Assembly: GCA_951406725.2 (NCBI GenBank)
Contig: OX597815.1
Location: forward strand, 101,742,001 to 101,806,000
Source: Octopus vulgaris
Lineage: Eukaryota
Reading direction: 5' to 3'
DNA length: 64,000 bases
Under the pieces are notes generated by a model, which worked only from the letters and a program-made list of their open reading frames with translations, ran no database searches and was not told the DNA's origin. Position 1 is the first letter of the stretch; the number at the start of each line of letters is the position of its first letter. This document shows, piece by piece, positions 38,341 through 52,705 of this stretch. Both the position numbers and the translations under genes were made by a program.

Positions 38341-40302
38341 ACTATTTTAGATAATAATATATGCAGTAAACATATTCTACCTTTCTTTCGTTTTTCCACT
38401 CACCCGTATATAAACACTCACGTACGCACGCGTACACGCATACGCACACACACACACGCACACACACACGTAAATTTACGAACATTCATGCATGTACGTA
38501 TTTGTGTGTGTGTATCTGTACAGAGAAAGAGGGGAGAGAGAAAGGTGGGAGAGATCACTTATTTAAATTCTTTCCATTTGTCCCTTAGCTCATATTTTTT
38601 CATTATGATAATAATATCCTCTTTACAGATTTAGCTATTGAAATAAATAGAAGACCAAACGCAGCATAACCGTTTATTATGAGTGGTAAAGTTACAGGCA
38701 GGTGTACACCTGAAACTTTATAATTCATTTGTCAGTTCTTTCCGACATTGTATCAATCAACACATTAATAATAAAATAAGACAAGAGCATAGAAACTCGA
38801 GCTAAACCTTTACACTAGTCTTTCTAAGTTTAAAGTATTTGATCTGCCATTGTACAGAGAAAATAGAAATTTTAAAGAACGAAAACTAGAATTTGATCTA
38901 AAAATACACCATTTTATACGTTCATATTCATAGCAAGCGAACAAGACAGAGATAATACACCATCATATACGTTACAAAGCTAAACTTTTATGCAGCCTAA
39001 TTCGTTATTCTAAACAATTGTTCAGAAAAGGTTGTATAAATAATGAATGCAATAGCAGCTTTAGACGCAAATAAACCCGCGCTGTTAACCACATTAAATT
39101 AGATTGAGTTGGCTTTTTTATTTTACTCAGTATAAGACATTATATATTCTCGTTTATTAATATAACATAATATCTTTAATATAATAATGTATACAACAAT
39201 TTCTAACTAGAACTGCAGCATGAATATGACAAAAAGTCATATAACTTTCTCTGTAATATTAGAACTACAGATGGGAAGTATTGAAGTACACTATTTCATT
39301 GTTCCAAAAGACACATTGTATATAGTATTAAATAATTGGTTGAACTAATCGAACTTAATAGCCACAATTGCTTAGAATGCTAATCTGAACTAAGACTTTA
39401 AAAGATATTAAGATATTCTGATTCAATCATTTATCAGACACAAAGCATTCCAGCTATAGCTATTTTTTTAATCAATATTTATATAACTATTACTCTGTAT
39501 TAATGATACTTTGGTCAAGTAAACTTGGATCGTCGATGTGATTTATATTGGTTGAGAAAATATGTGAAAACCCGCCGAAATAACCGTTCCTGGTTTGGTG
39601 TAGTAGACCTAAACTTTCGCTCAGCTTTAAACCATCATCTAGGGTTAGGGTTAGGCTTAGGCTTAGGGTTGGCCGACTTTAAAGGAATCCTCTGTGTTGC
39701 AAGTATTCAGATCATATCTCCGGTCTGAGAACAGCTTTTCTCTGACATTTCACCAGGCACAGACGTGTTCCCTGTCAAAGTTATGATCGTTGCTTTTCCT
39801 CCTCTAGACTAGGATGAAAAGAAAAAAGAAGAAAAAACAATCAACGCCTATTTTTAACCAGTAAGCCATAGCCTGAGTGGAACCAACAAAGGAGTAAAAG
39901 AATGGGGTTGTTTATTTCCTAGAAGTGCATGAAAATCTTACTGACTGATGCTAGATAGGTTGTCAAAGTAAACTGGCAGTAAATCTTCTGTTCGACTTAT
40001 TACACATCCCTTTTTATTACGATAAAAGATTTCTAACATGATTAGAAGTCATTAAATTTGGGCCAGTAAACTATCCCGAAAGGACAGAATTTGTATTCCG
40101 TAGTTTTTCTTAAATTTAAAACGTAAAAGGATAGAAGTATAATTATATTCTACAAGGCATTCGTCAGGAGTCTGCAGGTTCTGCCATTCGTCAATCATAA
40201 AGGAAATCACTGTTATATATTTCATAGTTGCACTTATTTACCAAATGACTCCATCTAAGGCCCTGTGCTGAAACCACAGTAATCACATCGTCAAAGCACC
40301 GT

Positions 40303-40512
40303 CTTAGCTATTCAAGAACACAGAAAAATCTATTATATTTAACTTTTATTTGCTGGGTTATTAAAAATTTCGTCGCACGTCTGCAATCTGGTTACTGACA
40401 CTATTTCACTGAGCTGCAGTGGAACTGTTTTAGTAACCAGATTGCGGTACGGCAGAAAAATATCTCAAGACAAACGAAAAGTGCATAGATTTAGTATGTT
40501 CTTAAATGGCTG
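40303..40512. mobile_element. Palindromic foldback/MITE-like element
   Basis: Inner GCAATCTGGTTACT/AGTAACCAGATTGC and TTCACTG/CAGTGGAA; outer TAGCTATTCAAGAACA..AAATCTAT/ATAGATTT..TGTTCTTAAATGGCTG. Confidence 0.65.
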
Positions 40513-41047
40513 ATAGCTTGTTCGCACTGTAATGACAACACTATTTGAGTAATATATTTTACATAAAACTAATAAGAATAAATTAAATGTTAAGATTCAA
40601 AATGCAAAATAATTTGAGATATTTCAAGCACCAATATGAAACAAAGGAGAGAGAAAAGAACTTCATCGAACCATGTGCCTATCACTTGCAGTGAGGCCAT
40701 GTTACTGGTTACACCACAGAGCACCAACTAATCCCTCGATCTCAAATTGGTTTCTTAAACCTCTTCTATATCTTAAAAAGATAATAACTTTACAAGAGGA
40801 CAGGTTAAACCCTACATAGCCATGTCTAAAATGCACATTGCATACACTCAAAATGAGCTGGTGCAAAGTACAAAAGTTCAATTCGACATAGAGATACAAT
40901 GAATCTCTGTTAATGTACAGTGACAGTGTGTTAAGTTACTATGTTATTCTTGACAATGAATACCCCGCCCCACTTTTTACAACTATAACTCCTTAAGAGA
41001 AAAAAAGGAAAGCTGAAGCTGTTATTTAAGTTTGCAAACTAATTGTA

Positions 41048-41332
41048 AACAATTGCAGCGTGGAAGGTGTTTGTAAGCCATTTAAGAAACACACAAAAGC
41101 CGTTCGATTCACTTCAACATTTAAGTTTAATTTGTCAAAATATTTTCGTCGCTTTAAGACCGCTCTTAAAGCGACGAAAATATTTTGACAAATTCAACTT
41201 AAATGTTGAAGTGAATCGAACGGCTTTTGTGTGTTTCTTAAATGGCTTACAAACACCTTCTACGCTGCAATTGTTTTCGTTTCAGCACACGATCTCAAAT
41301 CAAATCACTTGCTATGAAAGTACATCTCCGTA
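41048..41332. mobile_element. Penelope-type inverted-terminal insertion: 112-bp palindrome arms + tail, 12-bp TSD
   Basis: Arms 41048-41159 and 41164-41275; AAACTAATTGTA at 41036-41047 and 41333-41344; same family at 45176-45256 and 57490-57691. Confidence 0.85.
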
Positions 41333-42412
41333 AAACTAATTGTAGAAAATAAAAAATAAATATATAAAATAAAGAAGACATTTCATTTTGAAGCAGCGTT
41401 ACAGTCAGCATGTTTGACAGTAAATAGCAAGAAGAGCGTTTGTGAACAAACTTCTCTTTTATCTAACAAAAGTGTTGCGAATGCAAACCCGACCACATCA
41501 TTCGCAACCCTACTCTTAAAAAATAGAATCATAGATATGAAGCATTTTGGGGGAAGTGGCTTAAAGCCTGACAACATTACGCCAAGAAGTCGGGGGTCTC
41601 TCTCTGCCAGAAACTATTCTTCATGCAGGAGAAAAGGAAAAAAACAAGATACCTTAAGAAGACTACTGAGAAATACCTTGTGCCATCTCTACCCAACAAA
41701 AAATAATTGGAGACAAATGTCGCAGAAACATGGAGTAAAATCCCATTGATTGAAAAAGGGGGCAAGTTTGATAACATAGGTTGTTTACGAAACTCAAGAC
41801 AGAGCAAAAACAATTATTATCAAAACGGTAGGTAGTAAAAATTGGTGGTGTTATATTTGGTTACGCCTCTTCAAGTTCTGTGTTCGAGTTCCACAAGAGT
41901 TTATTATACTATTCATCCGCTATTGATAAAATATAATACTTGTACATAAATCGATCCCTCATTCTAACCCATATATGTGTGGCCGTGAACGACAAGCAGC
42001 AGCACCACCACTCCCGTAACACCACCACCACCAATGCTATACTACTACTGCTACGAAGGAAAATCACATTTGAGAGGAAACTATATTTTCGCAAGAAAAT
42101 CTATCGATATATATTTTAACAATGAAGATAGAGTTTCAGTATAGCTTTGACTAAACTATAAGTAAATAACACGTTAATTAATTTATTCATTGATTCATTT
42201 CATCATTCGTTCCAATATTTGTTTATTCAGTCATTCATTTATTCATCCGATTATGCGCGTTCATGGTATTCTCATTTGCACAGGAATAAGAGAATAACAG
42301 AATAACAGTCGATTTTTACGTATATTTTTCTGGAGTTTGATTCCAAACCAATGCACTAATATTAAAACTCTTCTGTTTCAAGACGTTTAGATTTACGAAA
42401 TTAGAACTTATA

Positions 42413-43332
42413 TTGGGTCATCCCATAAATAATGCGGTTTTTAATACTTTTATTTTTCAAAATTATGGTAAACAAAATTCTTTTTTAATCTAAAATATAC
42501 TCACCTTCATTTTCTACAATGCTCTATCATCTTTCTTGTAGACTTGCAGGACCCCTCTTCCAAAATTCACTTGTCCATAACGAAAAATACTTCCCCAGTA
42601 CTGTTCTGACCTTATCTACAGAATTCATATTTTTCCCGTCCAAATTATTTTGAAGACTGCGGAATAAAAAGTAACCAGACGGGGAAATGTCCGGCGAATA
42701 TGGTGGGTGGATAGGGCATCGTTTCCTATTCAAGCGTTTCCAGCCTTTGGAATATTCTCGCTGTATGTGGCCGAGCATTATCCTGGGGGAAGAACACCTT
42801 TCTTCTTGAAACCAAAGATGGTTGTTTTTCTTCTAGCGCAGGTGTCGATGAATGGTTGGATGACCAAATCCAAGCTTCTCTGCCAGTTTCTCAAGAGTTA
42901 CAATGGGATTTTGTTCCATTAGGGTTTGCATGACGTCCTCGTCGAGCTCTACAGATCTTCCAGGATGAGGCTAATCTTCTAGGCTGTAGTTTCCGGCTTG
43001 GAATTACTGATACCACTGTTGACACAGGCTTACGCTTATTGTCCGATTCCCATATACTGCATTATTGTTCTTTGCACTTTCTGTTGGGTTATTATCTTTA
43101 TTGAACTCATAAAGCATAATATGATTGAAAATGCTCATTTGTCGCTTCAATTATAGCTTTAAAAATAACTGTTAATACCGAACTGCACCCTTCTAAACTT
43201 GCACTATGAATAAAGACAAGATAAAATTACCACCTGCTTTTATAGTAAACTGCTGCAGGTAGTTTATTTCGTTTCCCTCCCACTTTTAGTTCATGCAATT
43301 GAAAAATCCGCATTATTTATGGGATGACCCAA
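42413..43332 (-). mobile_element. Mariner element, internally deleted, intact TIRs and TA TSD
   Basis: TA|TTGGGTCATCCCATAAATAATGCGG ... CCGCATTATTTATGGGATGACCCAA|TA; HPPYSPDISPSGYFLFRSLQNNLDGK motif. Confidence 0.93.
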
Positions 43333-43548
43333 TATATATTAAGTAATATTCGGAAGTGAGTATACGCAAGACCACCTTAATAGCATTATAAGCTCCTGTC
43401 ACAAACTACCAAGTCTATAGATGCCTTAAGATAGTACTTAGTATACTTAGTTAAGCGCCTAGAGTAGAAGATACTTTGGCCAAGATTTTTCTGCTACAAC
43501 CCCTGGCTTGTGGGTGAATCTTATAGACAAAAATTATATGGAACCCCA

Positions 43549-43640
<92 letters not shown>

Positions 43641-44216
43641 GTATGTCTGTCTGTCTGTCTGTCTGTATATCTAGTTCGGCAAAAGAAAGAGATAGAATAC
43701 TAACAAACTGTAAAGAAATAAGCATTAAAATTGATCTGTTCGACTAAACCCCTCGAGGTGGGGCCCCAGCCAGGTCATAGTCCGCTGACAGAATCAAGTG
43801 GAAGATAAGATAATTGCTACTGACATGTATCACTTTATTGGACCACAGCGACATAGCATAACCAATTTATGCGTGTTTGAATAGTTTGACTAATTAATTC
43901 ATGAGGAAAAACGTTTAGTCGTTAGTAATTTACCTAAAGAAAAGCTAAACAATTTGGAGAGAAATAATTCAAGTGAGCCGGTGGGTGTAGAAAATAATGT
44001 ACGTAAAACTTTCTCAATTAAAATTTAAGCAACGATTAGATATTTGTTGTTTCCGCATGCAAATGAATTTTGTGAAATTAATTCCGAATTTCTTGAAATG
44101 TTCTTTTTCTTTGAAAATCACTTATAAGGAACACTAGGCTGTTGTGTGTTTTCTTCAACTAGCAAGGTAATTTCAATTAAGCGAGTGTGTATATATCATT
44201 CATAGCGTCAACGTGC

Positions 44217-44305
<89 letters not shown>

Positions 44306-44384
44306 TGCGTGTGTGTATGTGTGAGTTTGTCAATTATTCAGATGAGAGAATTGAGGCAGCAATATGCAGATATATTTACTAAAA

Positions 44385-45000
44385 GGGCAGCGAGCTGGCA
44401 GAAACGTTAGCACGCCGGGCGAAATGCGTTGCCGTATTTCGTCTGCCGTTACGTTCTGAGTTCAAATTCCGCCGAGGTCGACTTTGCCTTTCATCCTTTC
44501 GGGGTCAATTAAATAAGTACCAGTTACGAACTGGGGTCGATATAATCGACTTAATCCGTTTGTCTGTCCTTGTTTGTCCTCTCTGTGTTTAGCCCCTTGT
44601 GGGTAGTAAAGAATTGGTATTTCGTCTGCCGTTACGTTCTGAGTTCAAATTCCGCCGAGGTCCACTTTGCCTTTCATCCTTTCGGGGTCAATTACATAAG
44701 TACCAGTTACGAACTGGGGCTCGATGTAATCGACTTAATCTGTTTGTCTGTCCTTGTTTGTCCCCCTTTATGTTTAGCCCCTTGTGGGCAATAAAGAAAT
44801 AAGAAACGTTAGCACGCCGGGCGAAATGCTTAGCAGTATTTCGTCTGTCTTTATGTTGTGAGTTCAAATTCTGCTGCGATCGACTTTGCCTTTCATCCCT
44901 CGGGGGTTGATAAATTAAGTACTAGTTGCGTGCTGAGAGCGATCTAGTCGACTGGCCCTCTCCCCTAATATTTCGGGCCTTGTGCCTACAGTAGAAAAGA
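44385..45000 (+). mobile_element. Head-to-tail trimer of Meta-domain-like SINE
   Basis: Three consecutive GTATTTCGTCTG...GAGTTCAAATT...GCCTTTCATCC units. Confidence 0.9.
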
Positions 45001-45253
45001 ATATATTTACTTGCGTTTCTATATAACCCTCGAACTTAGTCTTCTTGTTAGTACTAGAGGGGTAATTTTCCGTTCAAGTCTATTCAGGGTATATCAATTA
45101 CTGAAAGTTCCTGTACACACACACATAACATACGCATACATACATACACACTACATATATATATATATATATATAACAATTGCAGCGTGGAAGGTGTTTT
45201 CGTTCCAGCACACGATCTCAGATCAAGTCACTCGCCATGCAAGTACATCTCCG

Positions 45254-45291
<38 letters not shown>

Positions 45292-45297
<6 letters not shown>

Positions 45298-45478
45298 TAT
45301 ATAGAAGGAGTTCTACAGGACTAGTACTGTTTCATTCAAGAGAAATCTTCAGGAAGATTTCTCTTGAATGAAACAGTACTAGTCCTGTAGAAGCTCCTTC
45401 TATATAATAAATTAATTTTACTCTGCTATGTATTGAGTACCTTACTTACTGTGGTTAACCCCGAATCAACCCGGGACC

Positions 45479-45480
<2 letters not shown>
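45292..45480. mobile_element. Penelope-type palindrome (59-bp arms) centred on a truncated hammerhead
   Basis: 45292-45350 versus 45353-45412; the arm reads (CT)GAAGA-TTTC-TCTT-GAAT-GAAA-CAG-TA-CTAG; tail continues to (TA)n. Confidence 0.75.
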
Positions 45481-45525
<45 letters not shown>

Positions 45526-45530
45526 GTATG

Positions 45531-45634
<104 letters not shown>

Positions 45635-46185
45635 AGTAGGGAAGTGTGCAGCAGTTATAAATCATAATTATAGGACACGATGCAGATGAAAAGAGGTTTA
45701 TTGATTCATTTCTGCCCTTGATCTTTTGCTCTGTTTATCTTATTAAATCTATTTTCTTGATTTTGTTTTTAAGTTGTGAAAGATCATTATCATTTTCTTT
45801 AGAGGTGGTGGGACTGTCACTTCTGAAATAAACTCTATTACTTCCTGTGACCGCATCAACAAACTTGGTCAACCGATGTTTTTTGGAGTAACAGGAGCTG
45901 GTTTCAATCGGTGTATTTTCTGACCGTCTTAATATCACGTGTTTCTCTCTCCCACTCTCTCTCTCTCTCCCTCTCCCTCTCTCTCTCTCTTTCTGTGTCA
46001 CTCTCAATCACTCTGTCTCTGTCTGTCGCTCTCACTCTCTCTCTGCTTCTTACTCCCCCTATTTCTTTCAATTTCTTTTTGACTATCTGTTTTATTCTAT
46101 TCCTTTTATTCTTTTACTTGTTTCACTAATCGGGCTGCAGTCATTCTGGGACACCATTTTCAATCGATCACATTGATCTCAGTAG

Positions 46186-46232
<47 letters not shown>

Positions 46233-46738
46233 AGAGAGAGGGAGAGAGAGAGAGAGAGAGAGTCTTTGAAGTGATGCACAGATATTGTATATGGAGAATA
46301 ACGAGGAAGAATGTGTGCGCGTGCATGCGAGTATGTGCATATATAGACGTATTTTACTCTTACTGCTTATTTTTTACACTTTTTTTACACATTTTTCTGT
46401 ATTTTGCCTTTAGCCCTGTTTTTTCTTGTGCATGTGCGTATATAGACGTGTGTATGAACATTTTTTGTGCGCGTGGGTGTGTGTGCGAGCGTGTATGTAT
46501 ATATTTTTGGGGGAATGTGTAGGTGAGCATGTGTGTGTTCCAAGTGAGGGTGGATGAGTACATAGGCGCATGTACGTGGGTGCGTGGACATGCATGCGTA
46601 TGTATGGACATATGCGCTTACGCGATCACGATGAACATTTTTACTCCCTTCCTTTTACTCTCTCCCCTTACTTAGCGGTCATTCTAATAGCTCTTTTGTC
46701 TTAATAACGGTCAACCACGCAGTAATTTCCCTAATATG

Positions 46739-46795
<57 letters not shown>

Positions 46796-46803
46796 GTATT
46801 TAT

Positions 46804-46862
<59 letters not shown>

Positions 46863-46963
46863 TAGTTAATCCAAACAAGAAAGCACAAAAAAAACACAAC
46901 AACGCGAGGACGTGGAACAAATATAGTATTATTGGACGCTCAGGAAAGAAGGAAAGAAGGAGG

Positions 46964-46998
46964 GTTTAACGTTTCGAGCGGAGCTCTTCGTCGGAAAC
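46964..46998 (-). ncRNA. Minimal type I hammerhead motif, variant core CCGACGA
   Basis: GTTT-CCGACGA-A-GAGC-TCC-GCTC-GAAA-CG-TT-AAAC. Confidence 0.7.
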
Positions 46999-47093
46999 AT
47001 AGGAGAAGGAAAGATCCAGAGAAGGGAAGACAGAGGAAAATATCGCCAACGGTACACACGCGGTCACATTTTGAATGATATATATATATACAC

Positions 47094-47162
<69 letters not shown>

Positions 47163-47193
47163 AGTGAGAAAGAAGCAACAAGAATGGATAGGT

Positions 47194-47284
47194 TTTTAGT
47201 ACAATCGTTTCATACAAGGACAGGCTTTATTAAAAGTTGCAAAAATTGCAGCATATAAACGTGTCCCGTACTCATCAGCTAAAA
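47194..47284 (-). ncRNA. Type I hammerhead ribozyme (inverted copy of 47443-47533)
   Basis: Exact reverse complement of the plus-strand motif. Confidence 0.8.
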
Positions 47285-47442
47285 TACATGTGAGTTCTAG
47301 AGAACTAGTCCTGGAACTTATTTTTATACTACCCACAGTTTTAGGGCTGAAACATGTAAAAGAAAAAAGAATATATAATAGTGGATCACCAACACTTTCC
47401 TGTAACGCATCGATTCTAATAGTTCTAGAGAACTCAAATGTA

Positions 47443-47533
47443 TTTTAGCTGATGAGTACGGGACACGTTTATATGCTGCAATTTTTGCAACTTTTAATAA
47501 AGCCTGTCCTTGTATGAAACGATTGTACTAAAA
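47443..47533 (+). ncRNA. Type I hammerhead ribozyme with intact core
   Basis: TTTTAG-CTGATGA-GTACGGGACA...TGTCCTTGTAT-GAAA-C-GATT-GTA|CTAAAA; predicted cleavage after 47527. Confidence 0.8.
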
Positions 47534-47682
47534 ACCTATCCATTCTTGTTGCTTCTTTCTCACTTATAATCACCCCACATTACTGTATTGTTAAAACCGT
47601 ATAGTTTTTTTTTTTGGTGCATCTAAGTTAGGTACCATATTCAAGTAAATTCATTTAAATTAACTTGAATCTTTATTGTTTT

Positions 47683-47741
<59 letters not shown>

Positions 47742-47744
47742 GTG

Positions 47745-47799
<55 letters not shown>

Positions 47800-47819
47800 T
47801 TCAAGGATTTTCTAAGAAG

Positions 47820-47979
47820 AATTAAGTTTGCATCGCAACCATATGGTTTCAGGTTCATTCCCAGTTCGTGGAACTTCGAGTAAGTGTGTTCTACGATAGC
47901 TTCAGGCCAGAGCCTTGTGAGTAGATTTGACAGACGGAAACTGAAATAACTGCCGTCGTACATATGTGTGTTTGCGTGC

Positions 47980-48051
<72 letters not shown>

Positions 48052-48235
48052 TCCCGTCTGACAACCGGTGTTGTTAAGAATACGTCTCCGTAACTTAGTG
48101 GTTCAGGACAAGAGACTGATAGAATAAGTATCAAGCTTAAAAAAATTACCGGGATCGATTGATTCGACTAAAAGTGCTTCTAGGTGGTACTCTAGCATGG
48201 CCGCAGTTTAATGACTGAAACAGGTAAAAGATAAA
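47820..48235 (+). mobile_element. Degraded CORE-like SINE
   Basis: Head GGTTCATTCCC, GCCTTGTGAGTAGATTTG, internal (TG)n, tail GCATGGCCGCAGTTTAATGACTGAAAC. Confidence 0.8.
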
Positions 48236-48414
48236 AGTTATTATTACATTGTTAGTTAGAAGATATACTTACATACCTATTGGGTTTAACAATCTCTAAA
48301 TGATGTCGAGAAGATATGCATATATACATACATACATACATACACACACGCCCGCCCAGACATACATATCTATCTGTCTATCTGTCGGTCTGTCTATCTG
48401 TGTGTCTGTCTCTC

Positions 48415-48464
<50 letters not shown>

Positions 48465-49139
48465 TTTGTATGTGTATGTCTAACACACGCAGACACAGCC
48501 ACATATACAGATAATCTATAAATAGGAGTACAAATATATACGCGCATGCAAACGCACATACGTACACATACATCTGTGAGCAGTGTTGAACGTGCACGTG
48601 CATACGTTTTATCGATAAAGTTTCTCACCCAAAGATCGATTATATCAAGTGTAGCGCTCCCCACATAAAGAGCACTCTTAATTCTCAATGAAAAGAAATC
48701 ATTACGGCTTTGTTGCTAAGGCAAATGTTGTGGTATAGGGCAGATTTTAATGGCAACCGTTTGTGCAAGTTGATATATTTTGGGCATGTTATCCTTTCAG
48801 TTAGATTTTGAACAAGACGACACATTACAGGCAAAGGTTGTAGTCGATTAAACGGATCTTAGTACTTCAATAGTACTTTATTTTATCAATTCCGGAAGGT
48901 TAAAAGGCAAAGTTGAAGCTGGCATCAGTGGAACTCATAAAAAACAAAATATGAAAAGAATAAAAAAATCTCAATTAATATATTAGATGTTATCTAATCT
49001 ATTAGAATCGATGCGTTACAGGAAAGTGTTGGTGATCCACTATTATATATTCTTTTTTCTTTTACATGTTTCAGCCCTAAAACTGTGGGTAGTATAAAAA
49101 TAAGTTCCAGGACTAGTTCTGTAGTGCACCAACAGATGA

Positions 49140-49447
49140 CAGGACACGGTTGCGTGTGCAGTAAGAGCTAGCAGTGATATTCGTGAGGTGGTGTGCTTAG
49201 TGACATCGGAAGTTGTGAAATATGCGTTTATGTAATCACATGCAAGCTGTAATCTGCGATTTTGTCATGGACAAGAAGTTGGAACAAAGAGCCAACTGGA
49301 AATTTTGCGTTAGTCTTGGGAGACATTGCTGCTACAGAGACATTGAGCATGATTAGGAGAGCTTACGATGACGAGGCAATCGGTCATACGCAATGTTTCG
49401 AGTGGCAAGGACGCTTCAAAAGCGGAAGAACGCCCCTCGAAGACGAT
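49140..49447 (+). mobile_element. Mariner 5' fragment (HTH region)
   Basis: MDKKLEQRANW...ATETLSMIRRAYDDEAIGHTQCFEWQGRFKSGRTPLEDD. Confidence 0.85.
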
Positions 49448-50820
49448 TAATAGGAACATACAATTCACCATGGAGCACAGCAGTAAACAACTCCCTTTTC
49501 TTGACATCCTAATTAAAATAGTCAATAACCACATCGAAATAGACATCTATAAGTCCACAGATTCTAAAAATACCTATTATTCAACTCATGCCATCACAAA
49601 CACATAAAAATTAATATACCTTCCTTATAATCTAGCAAAAAGAATCTGTACCGTAGTTTCGATCACCTATACTCGTGAACGAAGACTCCTTGAACTCAGA
49701 TCAATACTAAACAAAAGACATTACCCAATATCATTAATAAATGATGGCATTAAACGAGCTAAGGAAATAGATATACGAACATTAAGGGAAGTGAACCGAA
49801 ATACTAAACCAGATTTTAAAATATTCCCATACATCTCCACACATAACCCTAGAAACAACGAAGCCTTCAACATTGTCATCCAAAATCTACCCATCCTCAC
49901 AGAAGATAAAACAATGGACAAAATTTTAGGCTCGCACAAAATTATCAAATGCAAAATGCAACCTAAATCATTGAAAAAAATATTAACCAACGCAAAGCTA
50001 TATCCATTAACAACAGAACCAAAAGTAAAAAAAATGTGGTCGACCTAACTGTGGTACATGCCCCCACCTCTTGGAGGGTTCAGAGTTCCACTTTAAACAA
50101 GGTGAAATATTTAAGATTAAATCAAATTTCACCTGTGCCTCGTAAAATCTAATCTATGCCATTACATGCTTAGGGTGTGGTAATAATTATATTGGCCAAA
50201 CCGGAATATCATTCCGTTGAAGAACCCCTCTCCACGAAAAACAAATCCGCCACCCACAATACAGACAGATACAGGAATCTTAATCCTAATTTCCTAATTT
50301 TTCCCTTCTATCAATGTTCACAGAACACCTCCGTACAACAAAGAATGAATAAAGAGGCAACTTTCATCAATAAATATCTTCTACAACTCAATATGAACAC
50401 ATAACATAATACAGAACACTACTAACCTTTCAATTAATACCACTAACCCCCATACATCCCATACACCATTCACATTACAGATCTATATCTACCCTAATTG
50501 CACCAAATCCAGAACTACTTACCTCCCTTACACATAATCTTTATTACTTAGGGACTAGTAGTCCTAACACAGTTCAGTAATCGGTGTGCATTCAAAGCAA
50601 TGATTAGTAATTTTACGAAACCGGTACGCTTTTGAATCTCTCTAACAATTCACAATAATGACTTTTATTACTTTTATTCCTACCTCAGTTCATCTAATTG
50701 TATATATCTATCGTTACTTTTAATAAAAAAGCCTTTACTTTTTTTGATTTCCAATGTGCATTTTCGCTTATTTTTCTTCTTACTTTCTCCTTTTTTCTTT
50801 TTGTAACATATTAGACCGAA
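49448..50820 (+). mobile_element. Penelope-like retroelement 3' part (RT C-terminus, linker, GIY-YIG endonuclease), decayed
   Basis: NIQFTMEHSSKQLPFLDILI...DIYK, YLLFNSCH, YNLAKRIC, CGRPNCGTCPH, FTCAS*NLIYAITCLGCGNNY-IGQT (GIY-YIG); hammerhead relic downstream. Confidence 0.9.
50591..50636 (+). ncRNA. Degenerate hammerhead in the Penelope 3' pLTR
   Basis: TTCAAAGC-AATGATTA-GTAA-TT-TTAC-GAAA-CCGG-TA-CGCTTTTGAA; palindromic ACCGGT, CUGANGA box mutated. Confidence 0.55.
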
Positions 50821-51924
50821 ACAGCTAACAAACCCAAGGCTGTGAGGAGTTTTCAGGACATTTACAAGGAAAGAGCTATAGTCTTACAGCTGTTTTGGGG
50901 ATATTATATATATATATATATATATATAATCCTTTCTACCTAGGCACAGAGCCTGACATTTCTGGGCGGGGTGTAATCGATTTACATCGATCCTTGTACT
51001 CAGGTGGTACTTATTGACCCCCGAAAAAACGAAAGACAAAGTTGACCTCACCAGATTTTGAACGTGGAGACAGACGAAATACCGCCAAGCATTTCGCCCG
51101 GCGTGCTAACGATTCTGCCAGCTCGCTGTCTATGCATATACATAGCTGTTGTTTAGTCTCGGGTCAATCCTGAACCAAAAGTCATACAGTCGTTATAATA
51201 AAATGCTTTATTTAAATAAAATATCTATATACAGTAATGTGCTCTTCCGTTTTAGTAATGGTAGGGTGTAATTTGACTACGACTGGACAACTATTTCTTG
51301 CAGCACAAAAGACCTTATTAAAGTTCACTTGTTTAGTTACTCCTTCTAGCTTGTACTTTCCTTTAGTCATCAAACCCATCAATGTAGGGGGTTCGTAATA
51401 GTTATAAGCTTTGTCTCACCATCATGGACAAAGCTACCAATAGGACACACCCACTGATTCTCCACCCCCACATACACATACATGCATGCACACACTCACA
51501 CACACAGACGCACGCACACATTAATGTATTTATACAATGTACTGCAACAGTTGCACAAGCTCCGATATTAATATTGCACTGTATGAAACACACATACATA
51601 TACACATATCCACATTGACACTCTTACACCGACGCGCACATGCACCCCCATGGACGGAAGCGAGCATAAAATCACATACGGAGACATTGTAAGGCTTTAT
51701 AATCAACACCATCGCCTCAAACACTACTACCAGCAGCAACTAGCGCAACCACCATCGCCACCATTATCATAAACACCAACATCACTCCCATCATAACCAT
51801 CAAACACCGATCTCCATTCTCTTACCACCCCCACCAGCAGCAGCAGCAGCAGCACATCACCACCGCCACCACCACCAGCCTCACCAGCACCACCACCAAC
51901 ACTAGCACCACCACCACCACCACC

Positions 51925-51976
<52 letters not shown>

Positions 51977-52160
51977 ATGCTGCTGCTACTACTGCTGCTA
52001 CTGCTACTGCTGCTGCTGCTATCACGACTTATTGTTCATAGTTTTATGGTAAATTGTCAGGTTCTATAATAGCAATAATAGAATTAATATCGAGCCATGC
52101 TATTCACTGGTTTGCATTGTTTCTGGTGAGACGCCGGAATATTAACACTATTACAACATA

Positions 52161-52199
<39 letters not shown>

Positions 52200-52380
52200 C
52201 TATGCGTGATTGTGCGAGTGAGTGTGTGTGTGTAAGTATCTATATGTGGAATATATATGATATGCATTTTTGTGTGTGTACATGTGTGTATGTGAATGTA
52301 TATATCTATATATGCACACACACACACACACGTGTGTATGTATGCTTACATGTAAATATAAATATAAATAGATAAAAATA

Positions 52381-52420
<40 letters not shown>

Positions 52421-52553
52421 CAGAGAGAGAGAGAGAGGGAGAGAGAGAGAAAGAGATAGATAACATACATACATTTAGGTTTTGTATTTAATACACACAC
52501 ATATATACATACACACGCACACACACAGATGCACATATATATAGACACGAACG

Positions 52554-52705
<152 letters not shown>

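Noticed and set aside
39640-39670. Telomere-like TTAGGG/TTAGGC run
   Set aside because: Only about five imperfect units; too short to infer a telomeric origin.
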